DNA of 63,908 nucleotides, filler included, from Folioceros fuciformis (Eukaryota), in the NCBI GenBank assembly GCA_049999805.1. It is 5 parts of 4 records of this genome, joined end to end, with 100 filler letters (N's around TTAATTAATTAA, not from the genome) between each part and the next. Parts side by side here need not be neighbours in the genome. Positions count along the whole stretch, not along the records: positions 59,761 to 63,908 come from JBNGIO010004095.1; 4 more parts are not named here. One strand, written 5' to 3'. Shown here one piece after another: positions 60,411-63,908 of the stretch (within the stretch, counting starts at the first letter, position 1; every line of letters begins with the position of its first letter). Made by a program: the position numbers and the translations under genes. The notes beneath the pieces were generated by a model. It made no database searches, was not told the DNA's origin, and saw nothing but the letters and a program-made list of their open reading frames with translations.

Positions 60411-63400
60411 ATGCAGCCAGGTTCGCCATCATCAGCGTCTGGCAAATTTAATGAAGGCGAAGATGTGGACCTTGGCAGATTGGATTTGCAGGAGGAACCC
60501 GCTTCCCCTTTTGTCGATTCCACAACTGGCATTGATGAGCAGCAAGCGGCGTCTCCTTTTGAGCTTTTGAGAAGTTTTTGGGGCAACCCATCTGGTGTTC
60601 CCTCTCCTGCAGCAGGCAACCCTGCTGGTTTTGCAAGCACCCTTGCAAGCGCGGCAGGCTATCCTGCTGGTGGAGTTGGAATTTCCACTGCACAAGCTGC
60701 ACATTTAGGAGCCAGCACATTTCAACAACCAGTGCCTCCTGTCAACACCCTTGCACAAGCTATGGCGATCACCCCAGGTTCCTTGAAGATTGAGTTCAAG
60801 GACAAGGATCGCTTCAATGGTAATGATTACCATATCTGGGCCATGAGGCTGACCAAAATTTTGGAGGGGCATGAGCTCATGTCCGTCGTGGACGGGACAG
60901 AACCAAAACCAGCAGCACAGCCCAACAATGCAAATGCTGCTGATATTCTTGCATGGCAAAGGAAGCACAGGAGAGCCCGGTCAATCCTGTTGGCATCCCT
61001 TGACAGGAACATGATGCCGCATACCATGGACGCTGACACCTCAGCTGCAGTTTGGAACAACTTCCAACTCATCTATAGAGATAAGAGTTCTGTTTCCCTT
61101 GTTTTGGCGCATCGGGATTTTTTCAATATTCGTATGAAGGATAATGAGACTGTTGAGTCTTATATCAATAAGTTTCGCACAGCTCGTGCGACCCTTGCAT
61201 ATTGTGGGACAACTTTCGCTGAGTTTCAAGCAGCTGTTTCCTTTTTAGCATCTCTGCCTGATAGTTATTCTCTGTTTATCAATTCTCAGAATGCTACTCT
61301 TCAAGCAGTTGGACCTGGTGCCAATGTAACATTGGAGCAGGTATTTGGAGCTTTGATTGCTGAAGAACGCCGAAGGAGCCTTCACAAGTCAAAGCCTACT
61401 ATGCAGCAAGGCAGCAGAGTTTTGTTTGCTTCAAGAGGACGTGCAGGCAATCGTGGCAGAGGACGTGGGGGCTCAACACGAGGAGGATCTTCAACCTCTC
61501 GGCAGCNNNNNNNNNNNNNNNNNNNNNNNNNNNNNNNNNNNNNNNNNNNNNNNNNNNNNNNNNNNNNNNNNNNNNNNNNNNNNNNNNNNNNNNNNNNNNN
61601 NNNNNNAGTGCAAGTTCCATTCCAGCATCCAATGTAGCCACATCTAAAGGTCTGCCCAAGCCACCCTCCATCTTAGCAGTTTGCTTATCTTCTGTCCAGA
61701 TCCAGAATGACATGTGGTTCCTCGACTCGGGGGCAACTAGCCACATCTGTTTTGATAGGAATGCTTTCACTGTTTTTGACTCTACTCCAGATCATCACCA
61801 ATTTGTTCTTTTGGGTGATGACAGTGGTTTATCCATTAAGGGTACAGGATTAGTCAAGATACAGCTCCTTGACAATTCACCCCTCACCATTTCAGGTGTG
61901 TTGTTTGTCCCATCCATGACAAAGAATCTCATGTCAGTTATGAAGCTCACAGAGGAGCACTCTTGTAGAGTTTGCTTTGACAATACAGGTTGTTCTATCA
62001 TTAGCAATAGTATTGGATCTAACCTATTTACAGGGACACCTTTTCATGATTTGTACCTTCTCAATGTTAGAACTTTGAATAGTTCACTTGCAACTGCTAA
62101 TGTTACCCAAGCTTTTGGTCTCTCCCCCACTCAGCTTTGGCATTGCCGAGTAGGACATATGAATTTTAATAGGCTTTCCACTTTGGTCAATAACTCAGTT
62201 TTTAGAGATCTCTTTTGATAATAGAGCCTTTTGTGATTCTTGTCAATTGAGCAAGGCAATTTCACAACCTTTTAGAGACCAAAACTTATCAAGAGCTATC
62301 AGTCTCCTTCACACTGTTCATAGTGACATATGTGGCCCCATGTCCACCATGTCTTTTGGTGGAGCATCATATTTTATCACTTGTATTGATGAATGGAGCC
62401 GCTATTGCACAGTTTTTGTTCTTGCACATAAGAGTGAAGCCCTGTCATGTTTTCAGACGTATTTAGCTTCTGCTCAGCGTCAGACAGGTCATCAACTGAA
62501 AATTCTCAGGGCTGATAATGGAGGTGAGTATATAAGTAATGCCTTCACAGAATTTTGTGCTGGAGAGGGAGTTCTTCATCAATTTACAGTTCCTTATACT
62601 CCAGCTCAGAATGCTTTCGCTGAACGCAAGAATAGGACCCTTCAAGAGGCTACACTGTCCAGCTTGGCATTTGCAGGCCTCACTAGGGGATATTGGGCTG
62701 AAGCCCTTATGGCAGCTAATTATGTGCAGAACAGGTTGCCTACGAAGGAGCTTGGCTTGGTTACCCCTTATGAGCGCTGGACTGGGAAGAAGCCACGGAT
62801 CACTCATCTACGTATTTTTGGAGCACCAGCATATGCCTTAATCCCTTCTGCACTTCGGAGTAAGCTTGATCCTAAAGCTGTTCGCCGCATTTTCATTGGT
62901 TATTCGGACGAGGTAAAGGGATATAAGCTTTTTGATCCAAGTACTCGGCAAGTTTCCATTTCTCGGAGTGTTGTTTTTCATGAGAATTCTCTTCTCCGAC
63001 GTCATGAAGCTGCTTTGGATCCTACTTCTTTTGATTCTACTGTTTCTATTCATGGAGTGGATGACTTGGCTGATTACAATACTGATGCTGATGCTGATGT
63101 CTCTATTTTTTGATACTGATGATGTTTCCAGTTCACCTTCCTCGGCTCCAGGGGGGGCTACAACATCCAGTTCACATGCACAAGCTCCTCTTCCTAGTGC
63201 TTCCCCAGCACTTGAATCTTCTCCACCAGATGAGTCTTCTGCAGTTCCCTCCTTGTTGGACCCTTGGAAGTTGATACTATTGTTGTTACTTTTGATTCTG
63301 ACCCCCCTTCGTCTGATCCTGAGCCCACACCTGATCCAGTTGAGCCTACACCTGAGCCAGTTTTGCGTAGATCTACACGCTATAGACCACCTCGTAGTGA

Positions 63401-63908
63401 ATGGTCTGAGCCACCTTTTGTAGCTGGTTTAGTTTTAGATAAGACCTTTGATACTTTTGAACCAGCCACTTATAAGGAAGCCAATTCTGGTCCTGAAGCT
63501 AAACACTGGCAAAAAGCTATCAAGTCTGAGTATGATTCCCTTATAGCCAACAAAACCTGGAAATTAGTTGATTTACCCAAGGGCCGCAAGCTTGTTGCTT
63601 GCAAATGGGTTTTCAAGAAGAAGTTGAACACCGATGGTAGTGTTGGACGTTATAAGGCCAGGTTAGTTGCTAAAGGCTATAGTCAGGTTGCAGGGCTAGA
63701 TTATAATGAAACTTTTTCCCCAATTGTTAAATCTACGTCAATTAGAATATTGCTTTCCTTGGCTGCCCATTATGGTCTTTATGTACATCAGCTTGATGTG
63801 AAGACTACCTTTTAAATGGGTCCTTAGAGGAAGAAATATATATGTCCCAGCCGGAAGGTTTTGTAGAAGATGCTAACAAAGTTTGTCAACTGCTAAAGAC
63901 TTTATATG
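60411..63908 (+). mobile_element. Ty1/Copia LTR retrotransposon gag-pol (gag, protease, integrase, start of RT); runs off the window end
   Basis: FNGNDYHIW gag, WFLDSGATSHIC protease, LWHCRVGH..CDSCQ integrase Zn finger, VHSDICGP / LRADNGGEY / QNAFAERKNRTL core, FIGYS..KGYKLFD, and RT WVFKKK..RYKARLVAKGYSQ / HQLDVKT. The domain order is Copia type. Confidence 0.96.

Overview
This is eukaryotic nuclear DNA from a gene-dense land plant with short GT-AG introns (mostly about 80-200 nt). A hornwort or similar non-seed plant is my inference from the compactness and the presence of RAD1. The window is not one continuous locus. Four artificial spacers (N44-TTAATTAATTAA-N44, starting at 18826, 41119, 45443 and 59661) and three N100 gaps join separate pieces. 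Recognisable genes are a DUF7780-like membrane protein, RPL7, a secreted beta-helix protein, the mycorrhiza-associated GRAS factor RAD1, tRNA-Leu(AAG), a Gnk2/DUF26 protein, a long EPTSP-motif protein, DUF538, SUVR3, a BAC2-like mitochondrial carrier, an F-box protein, a partial DUF676 lipase, partial MEX1, a truncated CW-zinc-finger-like gene and plastid LPD. Mobile DNA includes a complete 4.06-kb Mutator-like element (about 350-bp TIRs, perfect 9-bp TSD), a Gypsy integrase remnant, LTR-like repeats and a near-intact Copia element. The most striking observation is that the MULE carries a second, convergent gene resembling the RPA70 C-terminal Zn-OB fold where MuDR has mudrB. Also notable are RAD1 with a ~580-aa N-terminal extension, the AT-rich secreted beta-helix gene next to it, and the mini-CWZF gene with an octapeptide repeat. 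All family calls come from recognising motifs by eye; no searches were run.
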